A program made the translations under genes and the position numbers. A DNA stretch of 64,000 nucleotides, taken from positions 1,044,262 to 1,108,261 of the forward strand of contig JBJCIZ010000744.1 of assembly GCA_051294375.1 (NCBI GenBank). The letters are read 5' to 3'. Below are positions 52,021-64,000 of the stretch, piece by piece (position 1 is the stretch's first letter; each line of letters opens with the position of its first letter). The notes under the pieces are model-generated. The model had not been told where the DNA came from. It ran no database searches and was given only the letters and a program-made list of their open reading frames with translations. The stretch comes from Paraspadella gotoi. Its lineage: Eukaryota > Animalia > Chaetognatha.

Positions 52021-53745
52021 CCGAAGGAAGAACCAACCTTGGTCACATCCAACCGGTCACGCCTCTTCTCTTCCATAGTCAGTGTCCGTGTCACGGCTGT
52101 CACGCCGGGGAGAGGGGAAACGTGACAAAGCTATGGGAAACGTGACAAAACCACTAACAACTATTTTTGGGGGAGTTCGAGAGGCTGACGAAGAATAACA
52201 TCAACCCACTCGACAACGAATACACTGTATTGAAATACAGGGCGTCTTCGGCCCTGCGTCGTTCGACGGGTAAACAAGAGAGTGGGAGTCACGAACCAAC
52301 CTTGGTCGCGTGACAAAGGAGCGAGATAGAGAGGGAGAGAAAGAGAAAGAATGAGCAAAAAAAAAGAAGAGAGAGAGAAAGACTGCCTCCCCATCAACCA
52401 ACCTTGGTCCGACGGAGGAGAGAAAGGTAAGGGAAGAAAGAAGGTAAGGAAAGAAAGAAAGTAAGGAGCATAGGATATCAATTCAGTTTTTACCGTCGCT
52501 GGCGAGAAAAAGGGGAAAACGAGGACTCGTGCGATTGGAATTTAAAAAAAAAAAATAAAAGGAGATTAAAATGTAAATCACGAGTCGAAAATAAGAAGAA
52601 GGAAAAAAAAAAAAAAAACCGCAGACACGGGCCGGCGGGGAAGGGTGTCCATCCAAAAGGCAGACAAAAATGCCTTTTTTTTTAAAAAATTTCCCCCGGT
52701 CGATAAATTATTAATAATAAAAACCGGGCGAGTGGACCGAAAAATACGTTATTCGTTGACTAATTAGTTTATTAATCGATCGGGGCGACAATGCGGGGGA
52801 GGAAGGGACTTTGTTTATAAGACGCACATAACTCAAAACGAAAATCGCTCAAAATTCGAATTACTTTTTCAAAAAAAAAAAAAAAAAGTCAGAGAGTATG
52901 GAGCATTAATTAATTAACGTGTGATTAATTAATTAATTAACGTTTGATTAATAAATTATTAATCGTTAGTTCCGGGACTCCCGCCAAAAAAAAAAATAAT
53001 AATAATAATCAACAAAAGACCCATGATTTTTTTTTTCTTCCTATATCAAGCTACGAGCTTCGCGGCGCGAATTTCAAAAGACACACACACACACAGACGT
53101 AAAATTAATAATAAAACCAAATTTGATGAGGATGGAAGGAAAGAAAAGGGATCATCATCATCATCGTCATCATCATCGTCATCTTCGTCGTTTTCCAAGA
53201 TCGTATTAAGAAAAAGACTTGGATAAAAATATAAAGCCACCAAAGGAAAAAAAAATAACCACTCACCCGTGCCAAGTCTATTACGGCTTCGCAAGCGCGC
53301 ACAATACTATTTTAAAAAAAAACAACAACAACAAAACACAGAGAAAAAAAAACAAAAAAAAAAAAAAAACAACTCGCTACGTGCGTAAATATATTTTTGT
53401 TTAAACACAAATGTTCAAAAAACAAGGAAAGTTATTATTTTTATTTCGTCGTCTCTCTATCTCAATTCGAGGGCCAAAGATTCGCTTCGAAAGACATCAA
53501 ACTCGTCGAAGTAATTTAGTCATCGTCGTCAAGGATTTAATTACAAAACAATATATATATATATACATATTTAAAGAATAAAAGCAAAACTAACGCTTTT
53601 TTTTTGCTAAACACGCGGGACTATACACAAAAAGAAATAGACCAGTTAGGCCGTGGACGAAAGTGTATACAAGAATCAGCAGTTGAATTCCATTTCAACG
53701 AAAGCCACGCCCACTTTTGAGCAGCAGCCGCTGTCACTGGTACTG

Positions 53746-54244
53746 TCACTGCTGCTGTTGGCGTTCGATCTCGTCGAGGGATAAGATCTTAGAGGCGGCG
53801 GGCATCGGAGGAGCGCCGGAAGCGGCTGGAGCTGGGGCTGGGAGAAAGAGATGAAACGAATCCAAGTGATTAATGCAACATCATTGTTGAAATAAAAGTG
53901 GGGGATACGTCTCGGTTTGAAGGGGGGAATAGCGGAGCGAACCAACAGAGAGAGAGAAAAAGAGAGAGAGAGAAAGAAAGAGAGAGAGAAAGAAAGAAAG
54001 AGAGAAAGAAAGAAAGAGAGAAAGAAAGAAAGAGAGAAAAAAAAGAGAGAGAGAGAGAGAATGAAAGAAAGAAAGAAAGAGAGAGAGAGAAAGAGAGAGA
54101 AAGAAAAAAAGAAAGAGAGAGAGAGAAAGAAAGAAAGAAAGAGAGAGAAAGAGAAAGAAACAAAAGAAAAAGAGAGAGAGAGAAAAAGAGAGAGAGAGAG
54201 AAAGAAAGAGAGAGAGAAAGAAAGAGAGAGAGAAAGAAAGAGAG

Positions 54245-54313
<69 letters not shown>

Positions 54314-54476
54314 AGAGCATTGTTATTCCTCACCCGAACCGCCGAACCACTTGGCCAACCCTTTGTTGTCGTCGTCGTCGTCCTCCTTGGACTTCCCCGT
54401 CAAGGCGGCCGTGAGGACATCGCCGGGCGAAGGGCCCTCTGCGGTGGAGCTCGACGCTGAGGAGGAGGAGGAGGAG

Positions 54477-54508
<32 letters not shown>

Positions 54509-57500
54509 TAAGGGAGTGAAAGTGGAAAAAAGAATATTTATGACAAATTAATACAAATAACACCCACGGATTTAATGATTACATATTACATAGGCTATCC
54601 AGGATAGTATCCAGGATAGTTGTCCAGCCAGCTATGTTAGGGTTAAGGCCTTCATCCCTCCAACTCGCTCAATTCAGTTCATCGTTGTCAACTAGTGTGC
54701 TAATGCTGATGCCCCCAGCTTAACTCAAAGAGCCACTCCGGACAAAGTCGATATTGGGAGAGTGGACGAGCTGGGGGTCGATAATCCCCGCTACGTATCT
54801 CACAATCACTTTAGCCGACTCCGACACCCTCGACCACTCCCCCCCACCCCCTCACCGATCGCCGAAGAGGGCGGCGGCCCCGCGGCGGCGAAAGGAAGGC
54901 GATGAAGATTCGGTTGTGGACCTGAAACGGTGAGTCGCTCTTTATTCTAGTCTATCGTGGGTTTTTCGGTCGGTCGGTCTGTTTGTCAGTCGGTCGGTAT
55001 GTCTTTCCATAGTCTATCCCACTTACGTTAAAAATGATAATAATAATAACAAATAATAACCCATTCCGCCCTCTACCCCCCCAAAGCTTACCCCTAATCG
55101 TGGGCGAGACTGGTCCCGCCCCTATCCCCGCCAAACCGCCGCCGCCGATCGACGGTAGCGGCGGACTTAGCACGTTCTTCGTCATTGACGGCGGCGGCGG
55201 ACCGCTCACGCCGCCCGCTATGCCTCTAGCGGCGGCGGCGGCGGCGACGACGGCCGCCAGGCGGGGATCCATCCCTTGCAGCGGATTGACGGACTTGGCG
55301 CCGGCGGCGGCGACCGCCAGCGGATTCATCAGGCCCGCCATCGAAACGGGCGGCGGCGGCTGCTGCGGCGGAGGCTGCGTGCCGGGACGAGCGGCGCCCG
55401 GAGGCGGAAAGTTGCCGGAAAAAGGAGGCGGTTGGCGGACTTGTTGCTCGCCGACGCCGAGGCTTTGGAGGAGAGACGCCGGAAGGGGATTCGGTTCAGG
55501 CGGACGATGGAGAGGAGCGGACGAAGCGTTGGCGTTGGAGTTTAATTTTAACTAAATGAATAATATTAATAATAATTACTTATTAATATTTATTATGTAT
55601 TTAATTTTACTTATTAATATTTATTTATTATTATGTATTCATTTATTATTATGTATTTATTTATTTATTTATATTTTACAAACGTCAAAAGACCTGCTGA
55701 AGCCTCTGCTGATGAAGGAGCAGCTGCAGCGCAACCGCAGCTGCTTGTTGCTGCTGCGGATTGGTGTTGTTGGCGCGGCCCGACGCCACGGCGGCGAGCT
55801 GCTGCAGGGCAAGGTTAGCGGCAGCCGCCGGCGGCGCCGCGTCTTTGGCTCCGGGGATCGGGAAAGCCGATTGACTCTGAGAAGAAAGAAGAAGAAGATT
55901 TGATATTTAATGTTCAACACAGCTTCTTACTTTAAAAGACAGTAACGGTAACTATAACAGCGTCTAGTTTAATAAATCCAAGGATTCTCTACCATTGGTC
56001 TATTGAGGAGATATAGTAATATTTTCTCATGTGTTTCAATTGTATTAGATTGTTCAAGGAACGGTCATTATAAGTTTGTTACGCCGCACTAGCGTGAGGA
56101 TTAACCTTTCGTTTTCAACACTTGTCAAACCCAATCTAAAAATAACTATTTTTCATTTATTCTCCCCTGTATAACGCTCTCCTGGATAAAATAAAACTTT
56201 TAAGAAAACTGAATCAAAAGATGATAAAAATAATCTTAACAGCTACAATATGTAAATGAGATTGAAAAACTCATATCTCATTAAAATATAAACAAGTAAC
56301 CTGTTTAACGCCGCTCGACCCCGCGTCCTTCATTCCCTTCCCAACAGCGACGCCACCGGACGCCGCTTTTCCTTCTCCGACCCCGGAAATGGGCGTGGCT
56401 CGTCCCGGCGTCGTCTTGGGCGACGCCGCCTCCAAACTTCTCTCCTTCTCGTGCATCTTGCGAATGACGGCCGTCGGCGTGAACGAGACGGAGACGGAAT
56501 TTCCGGCGCCGGATGTCGGCGCCGCTGCGGCGTCGTGAACGTTCGGCGGCGGATGCTGCTGCTGTTGTTGCTGCTGTTGTTGTTGAGGCTGCAGATTTTG
56601 CGGAAAGGTGGCTCGGGCCGGCAAGAAGGGCCCAGCACCGGCGCCACCCGCGCCGCGTCCGTTGATCGGATGAATCGGCGTCGGGTTGTGCAGATGAGCG
56701 CCGCCGGTGATAGGCGGTTGACCCGCGGCGCCAAAGAGGATTGGCGACGGAGCGGCGCCGCCAAGAGATGGCGCCGGCGGAGGATGGTGAAGCATTTGAC
56801 CGTGAGGAGGAGGAGGCGCCATAGGAGGAGGAGCGCCGGGAGGGAAGAGGATCGGGACGGGCGGAGACGGCGCCACCGAGAGGACGTCGGGAGGGCGAAG
56901 AGTCGGACTGGGCGCGCCGGGCGGAGCGCCGGGACCAGGCAAACCCGTGGCGACTCCGAGGCGAGAGTGAGCGCGGGAAGGTACGACTCCGCCGCCGCCG
57001 CCGCCGCCGCCGCCACCGCCGCCGCCGCTCATTAAAGACTGAAGGAAATCGTGTGTAGCCTGTTGGGGAATCATTATTATTATGATTATTTCTTTATTTT
57101 TATTTAATATTTAATTATAAATAATATTTAATTATTACTATTATTTAATTATTAAACATTTGCAAGAGATTGGCTAACGCTTTAACAGATGTTTAAAGAT
57201 TGAGCTTATTAATTTCGTTTACATATAGTAGTAAAATATCCAACGTGTCAGAAACGTGTTCCAGTGGTCCCCCCAATTACCTGTTGATTGTGACTCGTCG
57301 GCGGCGGCGGCCGGAGTGAAGCCAGATGCGAAGGCAAACCGCCTCCGCCGCCCCGCTGTTGCTGCTGCGCTAACAGCAGCCCCGTCAACGCGTCCTGCCG
57401 TGCCTGCTGCTCCACCTTCTGCTGGATTAGAAACTGAGCCAACGCCTGCTGGGGTTCGGACGCCGCGTTCGAAGGCTGCGGCTGTTGTTGTTGTTGTTGC

Positions 57501-60500
57501 CCGGCCGTTTGATGCGGATCTTGTTGATGTTGACGCAAGACCTGATGCTGGTGTTGCATGATTTGCAGTTGTTGTTGTTGGAGTTGCTGCAAAGAAGTCG
57601 GCGGTTGTTGCTGCTTTTGTTTCTGCAGCAACATGGCGAGATTCTCCACGTTGGCGTCAAAATTTTGCTGTTGTTGCTGCTGTGGAGGCGGCGGCTGATT
57701 AGGAGAAAGCTGGGGCTGCTGAAATTTGGCGACGTCTTCGGGTCTTCGCCCGGAGAATCCTCCTCCTCCCTGCAGCGGCTGCTGTTGCGGCGGCGGAGGT
57801 TGGTTGAAGGGCAGCGGCGGCTTGGAGGCCGAAGGGGCCGCGAGACGGGGCTCCGAGGCGGGATTGTTCGCTCGGGGAAGTTGTCCCTGTCCCTGCTGTT
57901 TGGGATGGCGTAGATTAATCTCAAATCCGGGCGAACTCCAAATTCTATAACTTTCTATATAACTTTCGTACATAACTTCTGTATAACTTCCGATATCTTT
58001 AAATAACTGTCTATAATTGTCAATAACATTCTATAACTTTCTATATAAAACCTTCAGTAGTTGCACCGATCCACCGTCTCACCTGCAGCAAACCGAGAAG
58101 CTTGTTAAAGGCGGACATGTCTCCGTCGCCATCCGTCCTGATCGGTGGACGCTGCGGGGGAGGTTGCTGCAGAGTTTGCTGCGGCTGCGGCAGAGGCTTC
58201 TGCGGGCGATTGTGCGGCAGGGGCTGGGATTTCGGTTGTTCCTTGGAGATAGAAATGGATTAATTTTATCAAGTGTCAAAAAAAAAAACGAAATATAATT
58301 GGCGAATGTACGTAATTGTAGATTTACATTTAAATTAATTTCGTTCTCCAAATGATAGCATCATCAAATATCCTTTCCCCTTAAGAGAGAAACTTTGTAT
58401 TCAATTTAAAATAAGATTAATTTGGTCAATCTTATTTGTATATATATATACTATATAGTCGGAATGACGTTGAGTAGAAATAGCAGATGTGTTGTCGGGC
58501 ATTGCATAAGTTCACCCCGCCTATAAGCATGACACCTTCAGTCGTGACCCGGTGGCTCATTGAGTAAAGCCATCAGCTCATGACCACTAGGTACCGGGTT
58601 CAATCCCAACCCGGTACCTACCCTGCGGAAAGCGCGAGGACGGCCGTAAGCCTCCTTGGGGGCGTGGAAAACCCTCAAGCCTGGTTCCAAGCCCAGGACC
58701 TGTTCCATGGCTGCTAGAGAGGGCTAAAGAAGTTGCGGATAGCACCCTTCAGCCCCACTTAGCGCCTTATCCACAGATGCAGCAGCAGATGTATAAGACT
58801 TTTATGGTAATGATAATGATACAGCATCGAATTTACACCCAGGACTAAGGATATGTGGACCCTCTATTACCGTCTCCTGTTAATGACACGTTTAAAACCA
58901 GTACCATCACATTTAAGGCCAGAATCGGGATACTCTTTACTTAGGGATTGAACCCGAAACGCACGATTGACACAAAGTTATTTAGCCCTCTCAGCCTGTC
59001 CCCCCCCCCGACTCCTAATCCAATCCCCTCACCCATCCACCCGACTCCTTAATCCAATCCCTCACCCATCCACCCGCTCCTATCCATCACATCCCCGACT
59101 CCTTAATCCAATCCCTCACCCATCCCCCCGACTCCTCAACCCAATCCCCTCACCCATCCCCCCGACTCCTCAACCCAATCCCCTCACCCGTCCCGACTCC
59201 TTAACCCAATCCCTCACCTGTCCCCCGCGAGTCTCCTTCCTTCTCATCGCCTCCGCGCTCTCCTGTTCCATCGCCAATCCTTTGAGTCCCGCCTCCAACT
59301 CCGCCAGGGAGAAGACCTTCCCGCCCGACGGTAGGGGCAGCTTGCCCAAGTTAAGATTGAGGTCGGCCAGAGAGGCGGGCAGGGAAGAGGGCGGGGGATC
59401 CTGGAGAGAGAGAGAGAAAGAGAATAACGTGACTAATTGTCTGTTAATTGTATATCAGTTGCTATTTACAGTAAATAAATAAGCGATTATTTATTAGTTT
59501 ATTATTTAAATATTAATATTAAATATTTATTTATTTTTTTATGAGTTAAAGCAGGTTAACGCTTCAACTAATAAATAATAATAAATAATAAATAATACTT
59601 CTTTAAACATTAATTGTGGAGCATTAAATACGAAATTTTAATGAAATAATTAAAAAAATTATTTAATTTATTATAAAGTATATACAATTATACATACCTT
59701 CGACTGTTGCTGAATTCGCTGTTGCTGCTGTTTCTGTTGTTGTTGTTGTTGTCTGAGCAGCGAATTGAAGATCTTATCGTTGGCATTGTTATTGGCCGAT
59801 GAAACTCGCTGCTGCTGCATATGCTGTTGCATGGGGAACATCTGTTGTTGTTGATGCTGCTGCGCCTGCGGTTGTCCCTGCGGCGAGAATCGTCCGTCGA
59901 TTCCTTCGGATCGAAGAATCGAATTCGACGCAGAATCGAAAACGTCGACTGAAGAAGGTTTCGTCTGAAGGAGGAGTCGAGGGGGGGGGGAAGGAGAGTG
60001 TTGGATAGAGCGCATTCGCGTAACAATTTACGCTATGAGTTCGGTCGTTACAAAAAAATTAGAGGTTGAGATTGAAAAGGTTGCCATGGAAACTCGAAAA
60101 CTCGAAAGAGACCAAAGTGGGTGTTAAAGTCTTTTTCTTTGTTTGCCCCCCTCCTCCTCCTCCTCCTCCTCCTCCCGGGTCGGAGATTTGGTCACGTTTT
60201 CCGTTTACGACTGACCGACCATCGCCGTAAATTTCGGACTTTGTACTTGGGTTACTCGGTTAAACATTACAAGTTTCAAGTTAAAATTAAGATCTTTCCA
60301 AACCTGCTGCTGCTGCTGGTGATGTTGTCTCGGCGTCGCCTGCTGCGGATACGGCGGCGAAGGCTGCTGCTGCTGCCCAGCGGTTGCGGCGTTATCCAGC
60401 GCTGCTCTGCCCGGCGCGGCGTCGTTGAAGAATCCCGTGTCTTCGCCAAAGTTTCTTTGGCGGAAGGCGACGGCGTCCGCGCGGTCCGTACCGAGTTGGT

Positions 60501-60755
60501 CCGGACCGCCGAAGGACGAGTCCGTGCGGACGAAATCCTGGAGAGAGAAAAAGGGGTGCGGTGGGGGGAGTTTGATTGGTGAAGGGGTGGGGGTGTGGGT
60601 GTCAGAAGAAGAGAAGAAAAAAAAAGGGAAACAAAGAGTGATACTGATTACTGACAGAAGAAACAGGAAGAAACAGAAAGAAAGAAACAGAAAAAGAAAA
60701 AGGAAGAGAAAGAAATAAACAAAGAAACAAAAAGAAACAGAAAAAGAAAGAAAAA

Positions 60756-60823
<68 letters not shown>

Positions 60824-63800
60824 GGAAAAAAAAAAAAACCAAAACAATTTTACCATCGATATTGACTGACCGACTTATTTTTGGCGCTCATTTCCGGCGC
60901 CGTGAACCAAGCGGAGAATCGACTCCCGCCCGAAGACGACGCCGGGGCGCCGCCGGCCGAGGCCTTTCTCCCTCCGACATCGAAATGGGTCATGTTGTCG
61001 AAAGGGTCGACTTTGGAGATGCCGGAGTTGCCGACGCCGCCGGATCCGCCGGAGAAATGACGCTCCGAGTCACCGTTGTCGGAGTCGTTGAAAATATCGG
61101 CCAGGCTGAAGAGGAAGGGAGATGAGAAGGATATTAAAATTAAAATTTAAATAACTTTTAAAATAATAAATATGATTCTGTGTATTAAAATATTGTTTAA
61201 TTTAGCCATTTGTTTAAAAATTCTTTGCCGGGAAATTAACTTTGCTTTAAATTGCCCTTAGCTTTTTCAACGTGTTTCTTTTTTTCTCTCTCTCTCTCAC
61301 CCAGGAATCTGATCCATATTGAACAAGGCGTTCATGTCAAAGGAAGCGTCTCCGCCGGACGCGGCTCCGCGACGCGTCGGCGAATCCGGAAACGCGTCGG
61401 CGGACGATGATTTGGGATCGGCGCCGGAAGAAGAAAAGAATCGCGACGACGAAGGTTTGGCCGACGGGTTGTTGTTGTTGTTGTTGTTTGCAACGGGACC
61501 GTTGAAGGCGGAGCTGCTGTTGAAAGCGTTGGCGCTGCTGCTGTTGTTGTTGTTACCACCGCCGCTGCCCCAGCCGTCGTTGACGCCGTAGCCGTAATCG
61601 GCTGATGAAATTAAGATAATGAAAAATTTTACATCAATCTACATTGTTTGAAATAAAAATTTCAAACTCGTTCTAAACATCAATCTAATAATAGGGGTAG
61701 CCGCACTCAATGGGGTGAGTCAAAAATTTAGAGTGAGTACATTCTCAAACGAATATTTAGACATTTTTAAGAATACTTTCAATGGACAAAAAATTTCTAA
61801 TATGGTCTATACCCTAGTAATTAATTTTTTAATATTTATTTATAGATAGGAAAGGCTAAAAAATTTTTTTGGAATTTTTAAATTTTAAGACCAGATTCAG
61901 ATAGCTCATAAAAAGTTGTCTACACAAAGTATGATTCTTTTTTAAATATTTTTACGATAAGTGTGTCAAAAATAAGAAAAACTATAAAAAATCATTATCA
62001 TCATCATCTTTTGATGATTTTATCAGTTTTTTTATATTTTCACTTAGAAAACGTAAGAATTTTTAAAAGCTGTAATTATATTTCTTGTTTAACTTTTTAT
62101 GCTCTATCAGAATCCATCAAAAAATTTTAAGATTTTAAAAAAATATTTTTTGCTCTATATAGTAATATAATATTTTTAATTAGGCGAGTACCCTCAGAAG
62201 AAAGCATTTTTGACAAAAAATATTTTAATACCATAATCTATGGTCATGATAGATTATTTTTACGCTGTATCCATTAGCATTTAAATTTCATCGGCTATGG
62301 CTACTAATAATTTAGCAAAAAATGAAGACGATTTCATGGCGATGAGATGAAAATAGAACAGCGATGAATCAATAGCGACTGTGGGAGATTAAACAAACAA
62401 AAAAAACAACCCAACATCAATAAACCAATTTCAACAACTCGCAACAAAAAATGACAATCGATAACGACTAAAAAGAGAACGACGAAGCAAGAGAGAAAAC
62501 ATACAAAGTACAACTAGATCGAAATATGACACTGTGGCGAATCCTAAATTCGGCCTCCCGTAAAGCTTGGTGAAACTCAGCTCGTCCCATTGGCTTGGAC
62601 AGCTAAGTACTCGTTCACCAACCGTGAGTTCCGGGTTCAATCCCCTCACGCTGGTTAAAGTGTGATGGTGTCGGCATAAAAACGCCAGTGACATGGGGTG
62701 GTCAGTGCAGGTCCAAAGCCCTGAGCACCAGATGTCGAGAGATGCCTCACACCCCAGGCATCGCATGTCCCCCGTTGCCATAAGTGGTGAGCCTTACTAT
62801 CAAACACGCAACCGCTGCGTACCGTCGCTCACGTCGTTGCTTAAGGGTGTGCATCCTACTCCTATGCCCTAATCCTCACTCACTCTCTCACTGTGGCAAT
62901 GAGTCCATCTACTCTCAAGACAGTCACTCTGGGCTTGACCCCAGTGTGCTGTCTTGGGGTGGGCATGTGTGGCAAATCCTAAATTCGCCTCCCGTATAGC
63001 TTGATGAAATTCAGCTCGTCCCATTGGCTTGGACAGCTAAGTACTCATTCACCAACCATGAGTTCCGGGTTCAATCCCCTCACGGTCACGCTGGTTAAAG
63101 TGTGATGGTGTCGGCATAAACACGCCAGTGACATGGGATGGTCCCTGCAGGTCCAAAGCCCTGAGCGCCAGCTGTCGGGAGATGCCTCACACCCCAGGTA
63201 TAACAAATGTCCCCCCTATCAAATAACTCTCTCTCCTTCTAACCTTCCGTCTCCATTCTTTCGGTCCCTCGTCGTTGAAATCCTCTTCCGCCCGAACGAT
63301 CGAAGTTCTGCTCGAGTTTTATCGAGTCGATCACTCGACCGCAGCCGCCGCCGCCGCTGCCGCCGCCGCCGCCGCGGTCGTCGTCGTCCACGTCGCCCGA
63401 GGAGTAGGCGGAACCGCGGAGGCCGCGACGGGCGGCGGCGCTGAGCGGGTTGCGGCCAGATCCCCTGTCGTCGATATCGTTCGGACCGTCGAAGCCTGTG
63501 AGGGGGGGGGGAGGGCAAAATTAATTGATAAGCCTCTTATTTTCTTATTTTATATTACTCACCGTGTAGTTCTATTGTATCGCCGGCGTTGATGGGTCCC
63601 GCGCTAAACCACTCCGGCTCAGTTTCGGAAGGTTTGAACCTGAGAAAAAAGGGGTAAATGAGTATTAATTAACAACATTAAATACCTTCAAAGCAATAGC
63701 ATAACAATTTAATTATACTCATTCGGAATACGGCAATATGAAAATTAGATTTAAGGTAATACCTTCTTCTATCGTGATGTCGTCCTCCGCCGCCTTCATT

Positions 63801-64000
63801 CCGACCTCGACGATGATCGTCCCTCTGATCCCGCATTCCGTCTCTGTCTCGCTCTCTGTCCCGTTCCCTCTCTCTCTCCCTCTCGTCTCTCTCCCTGTTC
63901 GAGAGGCTCCTAGAAAGCGGCGGCGGAGGCGAAGGAGCCTCGCCACGAAACCCGTTGTTACTATGCATATCCCGTCGATCGTCCATCCGCCTTCCTCCGT
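53746..64000 (-). CDS. EIF4ENIF1: eIF4E transporter (4E-T), 5' part outside the window
   Basis: Ordered 4E-T motifs across many Q/P-rich exons: ETEPEWFSAGPINAGDTIELHGFD (~63640-63490), FDMNALFNMDQIP (~61340), SRFSAWF (~60920), KVFSLAELEAGLKGL (~59320), DMSAFNKL (~58120), SFTPTAVIRKMHE (~56480), GLAKWFG (~54360), KILSLDEIERQQQQ* (stop 53746). Confidence 0.92.
58490..58775 (+). mobile_element. Solo LTR, family A
   Basis: Full-length match to the 36587-36870 LTR, flanked by GATG on both sides (4-bp TSD). Confidence 0.9.
62533..63212 (+). mobile_element. TRIM family B (two LTRs plus short interior) in a 4E-T intron
   Basis: Direct repeats 62533-62782 (TGTGGC...GCCATA) and 62968-~63210 (3' end degenerate). 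PBS TGGTGAGCC at 62785 and purine tract GGGGTGGGCA before the second LTR. LTR has A-box-like TGGCTTGGACAG and B-box GGTTCAATCCC. Confidence 0.85.

Noticed and set aside
53676-54551. Long ORFs of LSLS/ERER type (also 788-1081, 21781-22406, 60602-60856)
   Set aside because: Translations of GA/GAAA microsatellites.
56451-57913. Plus-strand ORFs over GC-rich blocks
   Set aside because: Antisense shadows of 4E-T coding exons.

Overview
Intron-rich animal (invertebrate-like) genomic DNA with GC/CpG-rich exons, AT-rich repeat-laden introns, (GA)n tracts and several N gaps. I spliced six multi-exon genes by hand: lebercilin-like (+), then on the minus strand U1A/U2B''(SNF), a ZU5/death-domain-like protein, phosphomannomutase, PLRG1/Prp46, and the 3' part of 4E-T/EIF4ENIF1. 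Two AT-rich intronless membrane-protein ORFs (one XK-related) are nested antisense in a PLRG1 intron. The main non-genic signal is a set of at least three families of miniature LTR elements (TRIMs) whose LTRs contain tRNA-like Pol III modules and which share a TGGTGAGCC primer-binding site. Other signals are a candidate transposon-created (Introner-like) intron, tandem duplications of splice sites, two Penelope-type minimal hammerheads, and several DNA transposons/MITEs. All calls come from reading the sequence and remembered motifs; no searches were run.
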